Positions 63,976 through 64,000 of a DNA stretch of 64,000 nucleotides are shown piece by piece. Within the stretch, counting starts at the first letter, position 1. Each line of letters starts with the position of its first letter. The translations under genes and the position numbers were made by a program. The notes under the pieces were generated by a model. That model was not told the origin of the DNA and made no database searches. It worked only from the letters and a program-made list of their open reading frames with translations. Source of the DNA: Octopus sinensis (taxonomy: Eukaryota); assembly GCF_006345805.1 (NCBI RefSeq), contig NC_043005.1, positions 17,360,001-17,424,000 on the forward strand, read 5' to 3'.

Positions 63976-64000
63976 ATAATGGAATTATAAAATCCGGAAG

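Overview
Eukaryotic, AT-rich DNA saturated with microsatellites and transposons, with no intact protein-coding gene that I can support. The SINE families and (TTAGGG)n fit a coleoid cephalopod, probably Octopus; this is pattern recognition, not a database match. Most ORFs in the track are microsatellite translations. Contents: four tRNA-derived SINE families (many copies, some tandem, nested or chimeric); non-autonomous Helitrons; deleted mariner, Tc1-like and Chapaev3-like DNA transposons; hAT- and piggyBac-type MITEs; and 3' fragments of Penelope-like (RT, GIY-YIG), R4/Dong-like, L1/Tx1-like and CR1/L2-like retroelements. There is also a ~487-bp tandem array ending in a fold-back inversion (36974-41225), a 100-N gap, and a ~4.5-kb degenerate interstitial (TTAGGG)n tract with higher-order repeats (50975-55525). 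The main hidden signal is more than a dozen minimal type-I hammerhead-ribozyme-like motifs (CTGANGA-stem II-GAAAC-palindrome-NUH-stem I) on several short non-coding repeat families. Some sit inside the (TA)n spacer of a SINE, one is fused behind a tRNA-like Pol III head and bracketed by a perfect 29-bp inverted repeat, and one carries a compensatory G3-C8 core swap. Two SINE families also share 3' tails with LINE fragments in the same window. Repeat-boundary coordinates were counted by hand and are approximate.
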